Both the position numbers and the translations under genes were made by a program. DNA of 64,000 bases from Lytechinus pictus. Taxonomy: Eukaryota. The notes beneath the pieces were generated by a model. The model had not been told where the DNA came from, did not search any database, and saw only the letters and a program-made list of their open reading frames with translations. The stretch lies in the NCBI RefSeq assembly GCF_037042905.1, contig NC_087245.1, positions 34,660,001 through 34,724,000 of the forward strand. The letters are read 5' to 3'. Positions 12,801 to 26,100 of the stretch are shown here, piece after piece (position 1 is the first letter of the stretch; each line of letters begins with the position of its first letter).

Positions 12801-15800
12801 GCTTAGAATCTCCTCTTTCATCTGATATTACTTAGATTATTCCTCATTCACGCATGAATGAGCAAAAACAATTTGAAGAAAGGATACCAAAAATTCATTT
12901 GGCGGGGGGTATCTGAATGTCAAAAAGAAAATCACATGCCTAAAAAGTTCAATATCTTTTGAACCTCTACATTTTATGAAATTATTGAAATTTAAGCCTT
13001 ATTTCAAATAACCAGAACTTTGTTATTTCTTGACCATTTTCTGTAATTGAGGTATCAAATTAAAGAGCAGATATTGAACTTTTTAAAAATATGGTTTTCT
13101 TTTTGGAACCCAGATAAAGCCCGCCAAATGAATTTTTGGTATCCCCTTTTCAAATTGTTTTTGCTCACTCATGCATGAATGAGAAATAATCTAAGTAATA
13201 TCAGAAAAAAAAATTGAGGGGTTTTCCTCAGGACGCTGCAATTCGTGCTAGTTAGCAGGGCGCCAGCGCTGCGCGAGCCCGGGCCGGCGCCGACTAAAGT
13301 TATTCCCTCACGGTACCTCTCTTTCATCATCATCCCCAAACCCTGGCTGTTCGGTAGGCAAGGCAATTTCCGTTTAAAACTAATAGAAGGACTGGGGCTC
13401 GTAACACAAAACTTAGCAATCATCGTAGAACGTTTTTTTCTACGATTGATTCCATTGACTACAATGTACAATCAATCGTAAAAATCAAGCGTACGATTAA
13501 TCGCTAACCTTTGTGTTACGGGACCCAGGTCTGCTTGCCATTTTTTCACAGTAGGACGAGGACCGCGCGTGGCTCTTTCTTGAAATGACTTGAAATTTTT
13601 AGTATGTGGCTTGCGCGTTCTGAATGCTTAGCCTGCCGGACTCCTGGGCCAGCGCGGCCGGCCGCACATCCGGGCCATGACTGAGACTTGATCGGGATTG
13701 TAGCGCAATCTCAGACCATCCCCTCAGCTCACATTAGATCTATGCAAAATTCCCCTCATAGTAATAAACCAGGCAAAAGGGTTTATGTGCAGAAAGACCT
13801 TTCGGCCCGATTAAATTACACTTTATCACCCACCATTCATATGGTGCGTGTGCAGATAGATCCTTTTGCCAGATTAAATGAACACATCTTCTCCATAGTT
13901 TAATCTGGCAAAAGGCTCTATGTGCATATAGACCCTTCTGCCAGATAAGATATCAGTAAAATGATGAAATTTGATGTTGGTGCCTTCTGGTATCTCAAAA
14001 AAACGAAAGTCCGAGCTCCACTGAGCCTCATAAACCCTAAATATGAAAAAAAAGTCCAAAATTTTTGCAGATAGACCCTTTTGCCAGCTAAGGGCCAAGG
14101 TGGGGTGAATGGGCGCCCAGTAGGAAGAAATCTCTCGAATGCTTGAGCGCCCATATGGCGGCTCGGCTACAGCCGGGGTAATAATATTATGATACCAAAT
14201 TTAAAGCGCAGTAGAGTATATCAATATAATAGCTGTGCTATATAAATGGTCCATATCAATCATTATTATAAAAATTATCTTACCAGCAATGCACCAAGTA
14301 CATAGATCTTCTTTGTCCTCAGAGGCTTTAATTTCTTTTTGCCTTCAGTTTCAGCAGTCTGCAAAGTGAAGTTGACATAAAATCAAAATCAATCATAATC
14401 ATAATGAATACATTCAACCATCTCATTACTTTTCTCATTTTTATGTGGAGCGCTGTGGCCCAGTGGATTAGTCTTCAAACTTTGAAACAGAGGGTCGTGG
14501 GTTCGAGTCCCAGCCATGGCGTAATTTCCTTTTGCAAGAAATTTATCCACATTGTGCTGCACTCGACCCAGGTGAGGTAAATGGGTACCTGGCAGGAATG
14601 TATTCCTTGAAATGCCATCGCGCTGTAAAAGGCTGCGGGGCAAGAGCCAGGGTAATAATATCCGATTAAGTGCATAGGGACGCATTTGGCAGTGATGTGC
14701 GCTATATAAACATGTTGGTATTATTATCGTTATTATCATACAACTGTCCACTTTCATTGAAATCTAAACTTTCTAAGATAAGAAAGGAACCAATGGGAAT
14801 ATATCATGGAAAACATCATATTGAGTTTCAAAATATATCCCAAAATATATCCAAGTAGTGAATGCAAACTCATGACATCACAATGATTCTATAACGATGT
14901 CAAGAGAACCAATGAGATCCTGCGATATGAGTATGATTTCTGTACATATCAAATGTTTAAAGCTACCCACAGGAATCTGAGTGTTGGAAAGAACTTGAAA
15001 ATTGTGTGAAATTCTTTTACAAATAAACCAAAACTGCCAGGTAATATATGAGTGGAGTGTCAAATGTCTCGCATGAATGTTACCACGGTTGTTTTATATG
15101 CATTCATCAACAAGCTACATTGTACCCCTTCTCATCATAACCTTTCTGGTACTGGTAACAACAGAGAACAAAATATTCACAAAATTGAACAAAACTTACA
15201 CAGAATCATAAAAACAATAAATAAATGATATCTGCCAAACAGTTTTTTTTCTTCAGAAAAATGAACAATTACAGAGTAACAAGCAGATGAAGACCAGGAA
15301 AATTACTGAAAAATGCCTGTCCATTTAAAGTGTGGTCCCACATACCTTTTTCCTCAATAATTAATTTCCCTTTTTATCTTGAATATTGTAGTAATTATTG
15401 CAAATATTAAATTATTATTCATACATTGTACGCGCTATGGTACTTTCTTTTTTTGCGCCTCTGAATATCCATTATTATTATTATTATATTGTTCCTGTGT
15501 TTAGCTACACTGGGAAAACATGTGATGAAATGAATATAATTTCAAACGAGCATGAATTATTTGGAATAAACATTGTTGTTCTCAATAAGCATTCTGGCAT
15601 ATAATGCAACCATTTCCCATTGACATTAGATTTCTGTAATTGAACTTGAACGAAGCTTTTAACAAAAACAATAGTGACTTACCTGAAACATAAGCTTAGC
15701 GGCATCCAGGTAATGATTAGCCTTGCGATAGAGCTCTATAGCCTGAAGCGTCTTCTCCTTCTCGAGAAGATGAGCCGCGTACTTGGCGAGGAGACTATCG

Positions 15801-18800
15801 ATCTCTCGGATATGATGCGTCTTGGCGAGCTCCACTGCCTGGTCCCATTGGTTGAGATGCACGCAGCAGTCCACCGCCTTCTTGATTTCGTTGCACTTGA
15901 GGAACGCCGAGACGGCCTCAGCGCACATCCCCACGGTCAAGAACATGGAGGCTATCTCCTGTGGACAGAAAACAATGTGTGTTAATGATGATAATGATGC
16001 TGATGATGATGATGACGTCAATGAGGATGACATCCTTGATTGTGAAAAAATCATATTCTTTATTTTTTTTATCCTATTTTCAAGCCTAAAATCTTATTTT
16101 TCTTTAAAATTTTGAAAAACATTACCAGAAATGTCATTCTTTCAAGTTTCAAAAATCCTATTTCTAGGGAAAAAAATCCTACTTAGTGCCACTTTCCCCT
16201 TAAAATTCCTACTACATAGGATAAAATACTGCTAATTGGTAGCTCTGATATATGATGATAATATACAAGCAGATTATTGTCATTTATTATACAATCTTTC
16301 ATTATAACTGACAAGGAATCAACAATTTGACAAATGAACAATCTTTAAATTACCTGTTGTGTGGTATAGTGGTAAGAGCATTGGACTTGTGATCCTGAGT
16401 TCAAATACCCGCTCGACCAATATCTCCACAAACAAAAAAGGCCCCAGAGTATTTTCTGTCATCTATAAGGCTAGTCACTGTAACTTTTTAGCATGTGTGA
16501 TATGTTGTGTGAAGGCCATTGCAGAAGGCCTAGCAATCGAGTTTAAAAACTTTTGATGGAATGCTCCCCAGGGAGTGGAGAAAACACATACGCTCTGTAT
16601 GGGCAAGCCAAAACCCAATGTCCAGGGTAGTGAAGATACATGTATGTATCTGTAAAGCTTTTTAAGAAGTCATTCCATTGTATCTAGCACTACATACAAT
16701 CAGATCATGGTGCTACATAAATAGTTGGAATATACTTGCCCGAAAATCTATTTCACTTGCCCCAAAAAATCCTTGAAAAAAAGTTTTACCTCTTCAAAAG
16801 AAAATATTGCAGTTTTACAAACCATTGACCTTTTTTTTTCTCTTTTGACATGAACTGACATTGTTCTTGCATTTCCTTTTCCAAAGTGATTTTATCTTGT
16901 CCGCCATGACCAAATTTAGGGTCGATTTATCATATCAACCTTAATTTTGGTCATTCTACTGTGAGAATTTTGCTTGCCCAATTCGGACAAGTAGTTTTGG
17001 TCTTTACTTCAAAACACTTGCCCGACTTTAACTTTTACTTGCCCTGGGCAATTGGGCAAGTGCTTATGGAGCACCCGGAATCAGATTGTTATCTTTATGA
17101 TACAATCATTCATTCATCTGACATGGAATCAACACCTTGAAAAAGGATCGTCTTTAGATTAACCCAAAGTTAATTCATTGTCATGTTTCATAAAAACGTG
17201 TTATCATAACAATGCACAATTCTATAACAAGTTTACCATCAGCTAATCAGATTGAATGATTTCTGTAGTTTTTAAACTGTTATTGCAAATTTATCATCAT
17301 AACAGGGGCCCATCTTACAAAGATTTACAATTGATCCAATGAACCTCAACTGTATGGAAATCCATTGATGTCATACTTTTTTCTACAAAAACATTGCACA
17401 ATGTCCTTTGTAATTCTTTGTAAACAAAGAGAAGCACACAGAATTTTCAAGAAACAAATGAATGTATGAATTTTCAGCATATCTAGAATATATTTCGAGC
17501 AAACATGCATTCGGGAGTTGATGTTGCTGGCTTTCCATATTTATGGTTGATCGCATCAATCGCAACTATTTGTAAGACGGGGTGTTTGTGACAAGGCCCA
17601 ATGCACTGAAAGATCAATCTGTAGGGATCACAAGGATAATTCTTTTGATTTCACTCCTCTATTCCATCCCTGCTCATAACCTTTCTTTGCTACGTCACTG
17701 GAAAGGTTTGACAAAGAAGCATTGTATTCATACCGGTAAGAGTAGATGGTTTTCAGGTAAAGCGTCACTAAGCTTGTTAAGTCCACCAAAATCCTCTAGC
17801 ATGTAGTAACACTCTGCTAACCTCTCTTGATTGTTTCCCTGGAAGAAATAAAAGAAAAACAATCCTGCCATCAAATACTATAAAATACTATAAAATTTGA
17901 CCGCCATGCCGCCGCGCAATTTTTTTTACCAGGCTGCTCGCAGACTTTTTACTTTCAAGTCTTGCGCATCTTTTGAGTCCAAATTTGTGACGCCCAGGTA
18001 CGCGGTTCCAAAATTATGCAATATTTTGTAAGTGCATGTCGGTCCTAAAACTGCTCAAAAACTTGATTACGTGTACAAAGTCAATGCAAATTGTGTTTTT
18101 CAATCAAAAATCATAAATGTATGATTATTTTTACTTTTGTTGGTTTAGATGGATTTATTTTACATTATTTATGATTGCTAAAGGGTCCCTGACAAATTTC
18201 ATCGAAAAAAAAACAATAAAAAATAAGGTTTGAAAAACAAAGAAATACATAAGAATAAAAAACAATAAGATACATAGGAAATTAATTAATTAATTTTTTT
18301 GTTGATTTTTGTTAAAAATGTAAAAATCTAAAAATTAGCATTCTACTAGCTATATAAATTGAGTTAAAGGCAAAAACATACACAAAAAAACAAAATTAGG
18401 GAAAATTTCATACGCTTATTTGCATAATTAAATAATAAAAAAATATAAGCAATTAATATTTGGAAATTTTATGATACAGTCTTGTAGTTTACATCCTGCT
18501 CTACGTGGGTGCAAATTTTCGCAGCGATCATGTAATCAACGGACGAGATCTGGGGGGGTCAAATTGACCCCCCCCCCCGTATATGTTGGTCTGAAATAGG
18601 CAAATAGCCCAGTTAAAATAGGGTTAAAGAAACATGCTACATGTCCATCTTTCTTTCTGACGCTATGCGATCTCACTTCATTTCCCTTACTGTCTTTTCT
18701 CTTTCTCTCTCTTCTCGTTCTCTTTTTATCTTGGCTTTGACAGTTTTTTTGATTAAAACAGTTGAATTTGTTTTCTTAATTTTATAGGAATACCCTTGAT

Positions 18801-20019
18801 AAGCCCTCATGGCTTTTGGTGTTTCCTCCATATTCATTTTGTTATGTATTTTTTTTTTTTTATGTAGCCTTTTCTCACTCTCTTTCCATTTACAAAACCA
18901 GTATGTTTTTATATTTTCTGTATGTGATATATATATATTCTTGTTTGTGATTTGATGGTTATGTTTATTTTTAATTTGAATATGGAAATAAATGAAATGA
19001 AATTACACATTTCTGCCAAACACAGAAGCTGGCAACAACATTTCTGATTTGTGTATTTCACAAAATACTTCCTTTAATCCCTCAACTGAATTTATTTTGC
19101 ATTGGTAAAAATGAGCATTGACCGATTAGATCACAAACATGGCAAAATGATCAAAATCCTGAAATATGACCCTTTTTTATATGCAGGTGATATTAAAGGT
19201 TAATAATATACATGTATATAATAATATAGTGTATTATATGCTTAAATCCGCCCCTTGATTTTCTCTGGGCTTTGTTCACGACCTACGTTTCTGAGTTTAA
19301 ATAGGGAATTCACAAATGTACATTCATAGTAGAATTGATCACAGAAGAAAAAGTATTGTGGAAGTGGGATTGTGTTAATTTGGCTGGGTAAAAGAATCAC
19401 ATTAAAACCTTTTACAGCACATCCAAGTAAGCCTTTTAACTGGCCTGGATTAAGCGCACGATCCCTTTCTCAACAGCGCCATCAACATTCCCGCTTGACA
19501 GAAAGATTGTCGCCAAATGGTTTGACGTTACATGGGCCTTCCTTAGCTGAAGTCATAATTACGAAATTGATTGGCGTGAATAATCTGGGGCGTGTTGCTT
19601 AAAACTTTTGCCATAAAAAAAAACTCTGGCAAACAAAATCATGCCATGTACAATAACACATTGAAAAACTTTTCTTTTATGCATCAGGACCCTAGATAGA
19701 TTGAAGAGCAACATTGGGGGATTTCAAGTCCGGTGTTGGCCTTGGTGTTGGTGTTGAAATTTTGATTGCTTCCCCTAGCTCCAAAACTTATTCAGAGTTA
19801 GCAAAACTGATCCAGATCACATTATTGACATCTCAACAACTAGTAAGTGACTTTTCGGGAGCATCTTCATCTTATGTTTGGTGTTATAATCATGTAAAAA
19901 TTGACCTAACACCAACACCAAAAGGTCAACAATGAACTTGAAATCACCCACTATATGCAACTACTACTATTACTACTACTACTACTACTACTATATGCAA
20001 CTACTACTTTTACTATTTT

Positions 20020-20063
<44 letters not shown>

Positions 20064-20069
20064 TATGCA

Positions 20070-20122
<53 letters not shown>

Positions 20123-23100
20123 TACTACTTTTACTATTTTTACTACTTCTACTACTGCTACTACTACTACTACTACTACTATTACTACTACTACTACTAC
20201 TACTACTATATGCAACTACTACTACTAATACTACTACTACTACTACTAGAGTAATACACATACCTGAAGATAATACGTGACCGCATTAGCCCACTTCTGT
20301 CTATCAGCATAGTAATCACCGATAGCATTCCAAGCCTGTTGCATCTGAACGTCATCACCCCCTCCGCCTGATTTCAAGAGCTGTACTACCCTGAACCAGT
20401 CACCAAGTTTCATACGCAGGTTCACCGCTAGATCCCTACAAGAGGAAATTAATAAGTCATCGGTACAATGCTCGGCTAATATCAACAATGGGCTTTGATA
20501 AACTTGTAACTCAAAATTTAACAAATACGACAAAAGTTCAGAGGCAGCTTTATTTCAGAGTAATGACTTAAAGCACCCTGCCATTGACAAATCATGGGGA
20601 AATTGAATCAATACGAAATTTGCAAAAGGCCGATTGACTTGCATGATATAATCCGTCCGTCATGAGCGCCCGTCGGACTAATGCGATAAAAGTTCGGACA
20701 TCACGAATTTGACCAAACTCATGCTGGTTATTACTTCGGGTCGTTGCACCCAGTAATGAATGCTCACTAAATTGACGCTTGCTACCAATGTTACAGTACT
20801 AATGAGTTCACTGTTTGTTCTGATTAATTCACAAAAATAGTGGACCCATTATTGAGCTCACCAGCCCAATAATGCTACATTGTATTTCAGCTTCTATTAG
20901 GCCCTTAGGAAGTTCAGGAGCTCTTTATAAGTTTTCCAGGGCTCTGTAACTGTAGCTAATTTTGGGGGAAAATTTCAGAGTCTGTCGAGCATTTTTTTTT
21001 CCCTGATGCAGTAGCTGATTTATTGTTTACCTCCTATCCATATCTCTGTACATCCTTTCCGCTTCCTCAAATCTCTTGAAGTAGGCGGCTACTTCTGCGC
21101 TTCTCATCGTCTCACTCTGTAGGTTCCCAAGGCGCTTCACAAACTCGATCCCCTGGAAGTCTCGGCAACGGACAAACGCTTGCTCTGCGACCTTCAGATC
21201 AAGGGTTTCCATGGCCTTCTCTGCCAATAGACGCCTCAAAACAAAACAAAACAAAAATCAATCAAATGTTCCTCTTAATCTCATGTAGCTGTATGAAGAG
21301 AATTTAAGGAGCATAATTTATACAACCTGGAATTTCAATACAGGGTCAAGTCTTACATAGAGTTGGAATAGATTCAAATCAAACTCAAATTGCAATTCAT
21401 ATCAACTTATCATATCTTAACGACACCAATAACAAGCAATCACCATTTGAGTTTACATCAAATCTATCATAACTTTTTGTAATAAATTGGTGCGCGAGAG
21501 TTACAAAACGTAGAAATCCTCAGTAAATTCTGTATTTTTAACAATAATAATATGTTGTTCTTGTATAGCGCACATCACTTTTTTTTGTACGTCTCTATGC
21601 ACTTCCAAAGGACTTTGGATTTTTAATACCATAGTTTTAGCCAGGCTGCTTTTATACAGGGCACTAGAATGTTAAGGAATAAACTCATGCGGAAGGGCAT
21701 TCAGAAGTAAAGATCAGAATTTGGTCACATGTCACTTGGTTAAAAAAATATCTGGCTGTGACTGAAAAAAATGATGAAAGCGGTGGTTTTAGGTGACAAA
21801 AAAAAAAAAAATACCCAGACATACCATAATTGTAGCTTGAAGTTTCATATGAATCTATTGTTTTCGTGGACAAATTTCAAGGAACTACAGAAAGATGATA
21901 TTACATGAGCTCTTGGAAAGTGAGGTAAATCACATAAATATTCATACATACCATAATCTTGGATGAGGGTTGTCTTCAATGAATTGAGCAGCATCTTCAA
22001 TGCCAACCTTTTCCAACAGATCACACGTATCTCTCAAACTCTGATAAAATTACCAACCAAAAAATGAAATGTTAACCCCTTGCCAATGGGAACCTGGGGA
22101 TACATGTAGTAAGTCTATGGGAATGACAGAATTCAGTATTCAACGTGTTAAATGCGTCACGTTTCCGATGACATATGCTCCATGACAATCATTTTCAACA
22201 AATTTATTAATTTATCCAACAATGGGTGATGTTGGAAGCACGATATATATTGCCATTACTAACTGGAAAACAAAATCTGATTTTACAAAAATAATCCAGG
22301 GCCCCATCTTACAAAGAGTTACGATCGATCCGATCAATCGTAACTCTATGGAAATCCATCAGTGTCATAATTTTTTCTACAGGAAATGTGCAAAATGTCC
22401 TTTGTAAACAAAGGAGAACAAACCGAACTGTCAAGAAATCAACGCATTTATGGATATACATTCATATCTATAAAAAAAATTGAGCAAACATGCATTTTAA
22501 ATGTTGATTTTGCTGGCTTTCCATACTTGCGATTGATCAGATCAATCACAACTCTTTGAGAGATGGGCCCAAGATTACGTTGATAGCTGAACATCGAGTG
22601 AGATTCATCCCAGGACCCAGCCTTTTTAAAGTTTGGTGCTGTGCTGTAGAACCTTTGCAATAACAAATTGGCAACAGTATAAAGCTACTGAAATCATTTA
22701 ATTTGATTGGCTGATAGTAAATTTGTTACAAAAATTGTGCATTTGTTATAACAATAAGCCTTTGTGAAATGGGACATTCATCTCTTAAACGACCTTTCAC
22801 CAACAACTAATTCAAAATCATTCCTGTGTAGTTAAAATGTCTGTCTGATTATAACATGATTTTGATGAAATCATACAAATGGTACTTGAGCATCAAGACC
22901 TCAAATTTCCAATTTTGAAACAATAAATCAGTGTGGGAATCAATATAACAATAATAATAATGTGACTTATAAAGCGCCAAATCCACTCTGTAGAGTGCTC
23001 AAGGCGCATAAAGAGCTAAGAGTTGAATAAAAAAGTTTTTAGAAGATTTTTGAAAGTCTCGACAGAGGTACATTTTTTTATGTCTTCAGGAAGGCTATTC

Positions 23101-26100
23101 CAACAAGTGGGACATGCAAAAGCAAATGATCTTCCCCCCAAGTTTATTTGACAAAGTGACGATGCGAGCACCTGCATTCTGAAGCTAATATAACTGAGCC
23201 TGCGGTAAATTGAACAAAATATACATGCTTATTATTTCACGCCTTGAAAAATAATGGCTGCCTGCTGTTCAAGCTATCATAGCAAGTTGCAAATTTATCA
23301 CAACAAATGCATTCACCATTACTGTGTAAAATAGGGACTGTTCTATGGTGCATATGGTGCGGATTGTGTTCAATGAAATAACGGATTATTTCATTTAATG
23401 TATCTTTATCTTAATCCAGTTTCTTTTGTGAGGATCATTTCCATCAAGCCATTTTGGTGATTTTTTTGTATGTTTGTTTCTTTGCTTTTATTTCTGCATT
23501 CAAATAATACAATATCAATGTGACATAATTATATGCTACATACAAAATAAAATAAAAAATATAGTCATATAATATAATGAATATAGAAAATAATGATGTG
23601 AGCACAATCATAACTTCTTAATAATAATATTAATAATGATACTTAATGAGCACAGGAGACCGCCATTTAAAATCCTCCCACCAAAGATATTGGTATTACC
23701 TTGTTTATTTGTATGTATGAAATGTTTTCATCTTGTATTGGAAATAAATGAAATCAAACTGAAATTGAATTTATGTATTCTCATTTATTTTGACCCACCT
23801 TGATATCTAGCTCTACCATGCACTCCTTTCCAGGATGTTCAGGATCCTTCATCACTTCATCCAATAAAACACTCTTAATCTGAAGGTCTTCAAACAGACA
23901 GATGTAGCCTGAACTCACAATGGGTTCCTGAAAATAAATAAACCACCAAAGAACAGACAATCATTCAATAAACCACTCTTAATCTTAGCCCACCGACTCC
24001 TCCTGCTACATCACAGACACGCAAAAATTAAATAAAATGCACTAATACAATAGAACTCTGTTAATCTTAGCCGATCATGAAAGTTCATCTGTGTTGGTTG
24101 AAGATAAGTAAAATTTAACCTTTTGATTACAACACAAAGAAAAATCCAAAGAATTACCACGAAAATTTTCGGCTGCTAACTGCTGCCTTCTTCAGCGATG
24201 ACCGATTTGACCTAGTGACGTAGCGATCGATAGTCGGGTCTTAATCTTAGCCGTTAACTCCCATCCCCCCCCCCCCCCGCAACATCACTGACCCCTGAAA
24301 CAAAAGAAAATTTATCCAATATAACACTTTCAATCTCAAATTATTACCTCGGGGTCCAAGTTTCTAAAGATGTACATCCTGGTCTTTTCCATCATAGCAA
24401 TGAGTTCAGCATTATCCTCGGCCCATCTCATATCCCAAACGTCTTTCCTTTCAAACTGCAACGGCTGACCTACAACCTCTTGACCTTCAGGGTTGACCCA
24501 TTTGGTGTCGAGGTCAAAGAATGTCAAGATCCCAGCGATGTCGATGATTGCCAAACGACTGCAAGTAAATAGTCAGATTCAGAAAATGTAAGATGTTATA
24601 TCTAGAGGCTGCAGAATAAATAGAGAATCGTTATCATGTAACACTTTATACCTTTTGATACTCTTAGAGACCATTATTATATCTAGTATCTTAGTATCTA
24701 ATACTGTATGTCATGCTATGTGAGAATATTATCCAAGCAAATAGTGTCAAGTATGTTCTTAACCTACAGTACTTGTTCATATTAAGGACAACTTTTTCAA
24801 CACTGCTTGTCTTAGCACAAGCGCCCAGGGACCTGTTCCATAAACCAGACAAGAAATTGGGAGTGTATTCACTTTACAGTTCAGTCTACCTTCATTCACT
24901 TTATCGATTTGGAAAATGCAAATGTAAATGTGAGAATAGATTTGAGTTCTAAATTTCATCCTACGTCATTAAACTAACAAGTGGAGCGCCTCTGGCAGTC
25001 TCACCTGCATCACGCGATTCAATATAGCAGCAGTGCTGACTTTGAAAACTACTATAAAATAATTATTCACAAAAACCTTTGACCTTGGTCATGTGACCTG
25101 AAACTCAGGCAGGATGTTCAGTAATACTTGATTAACCTTAAGTCCAAGTTTCATGAACTAGGTCCATATACTTTCAAAGTTATGTAGTCATTTCAAAACC
25201 TTAACCTTTGGTTAAGATTTGGTGTTGACACCGCCAACGTCGCCGTCGGAAAAGAGGCGCGTATAGTCTCACTCTGCTATGCAGGTGAGACAAAAATCCG
25301 CTATGGTTACTCAGGCATTAGTGAGGGGAACCACTTTCAAGAGGTCCACCTACAAATCCCTAAATGAATTGTATAAGGTGGATTAATGAGAAAGCTATTC
25401 ATTATTTTTATGTCAATCCTACATTGCATTAAGAATGATTGATCAATATAAGTAGTGATAAATAAATTTAATCACTACTAATTTAATCACTGTTAATCTA
25501 ATTTCATCACTGTTATTCATATTTATATGAATAACAGTAATTGATTAATGTAAACATTACTGACAGTTCATTAGGATAAAACCTGTTTGCAAAATAATAA
25601 ACAAAGGAAGAAGTCTCTTCTCTACCTTGAAGTACAGTTTAGAGATAAGGCATGAGGTCTACAGTTGACTACATGCTTGTTGACCAGTGCTACGTGTGGG
25701 AGTGAGTAGCGATGCAAGGTTCCAGATTCACGGCCGACGATCAACACCTTGTCAGAAGCAGCTACGCAGCAGATTGGATCTCTGGTGGGCTGTCAAAATA
25801 AAGCAAATAATGTATTTTGAAAAATTCATCTTGTCAAAGACAATGGTCAAGGCATTTCATTCTGAATAGTCTACACTTTGAAATTCATTTTGAAAATCAA
25901 TCTTATTTTACACTTCCATGGAAGTTTCGAAGTTTTCGAGAGTTCCTATTCAGGTTTCAAAAGATTTTCAGCAATAAAATGATATAATTTAGTAAACAGA
26001 TCCACAAAGTTCACTGTTTAAACACAAGTTCAGACATGTAAAATGCTGTTTCCTGCATTCACACATAGGCCAAAGTATATGTAAGTAGAGTTGTGGTATA

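Noticed and set aside
15674..16115. Plus-strand ORFs overlapping WDR35 exon 20, and minus-strand ORFs inside the LINE
   Set aside because: Antisense shadows of real coding sequence.
19932..20280. Poly-Tyr/Leu/Thr/Ser/Val ORFs
   Set aside because: Translations of the (CTA)n microsatellite.
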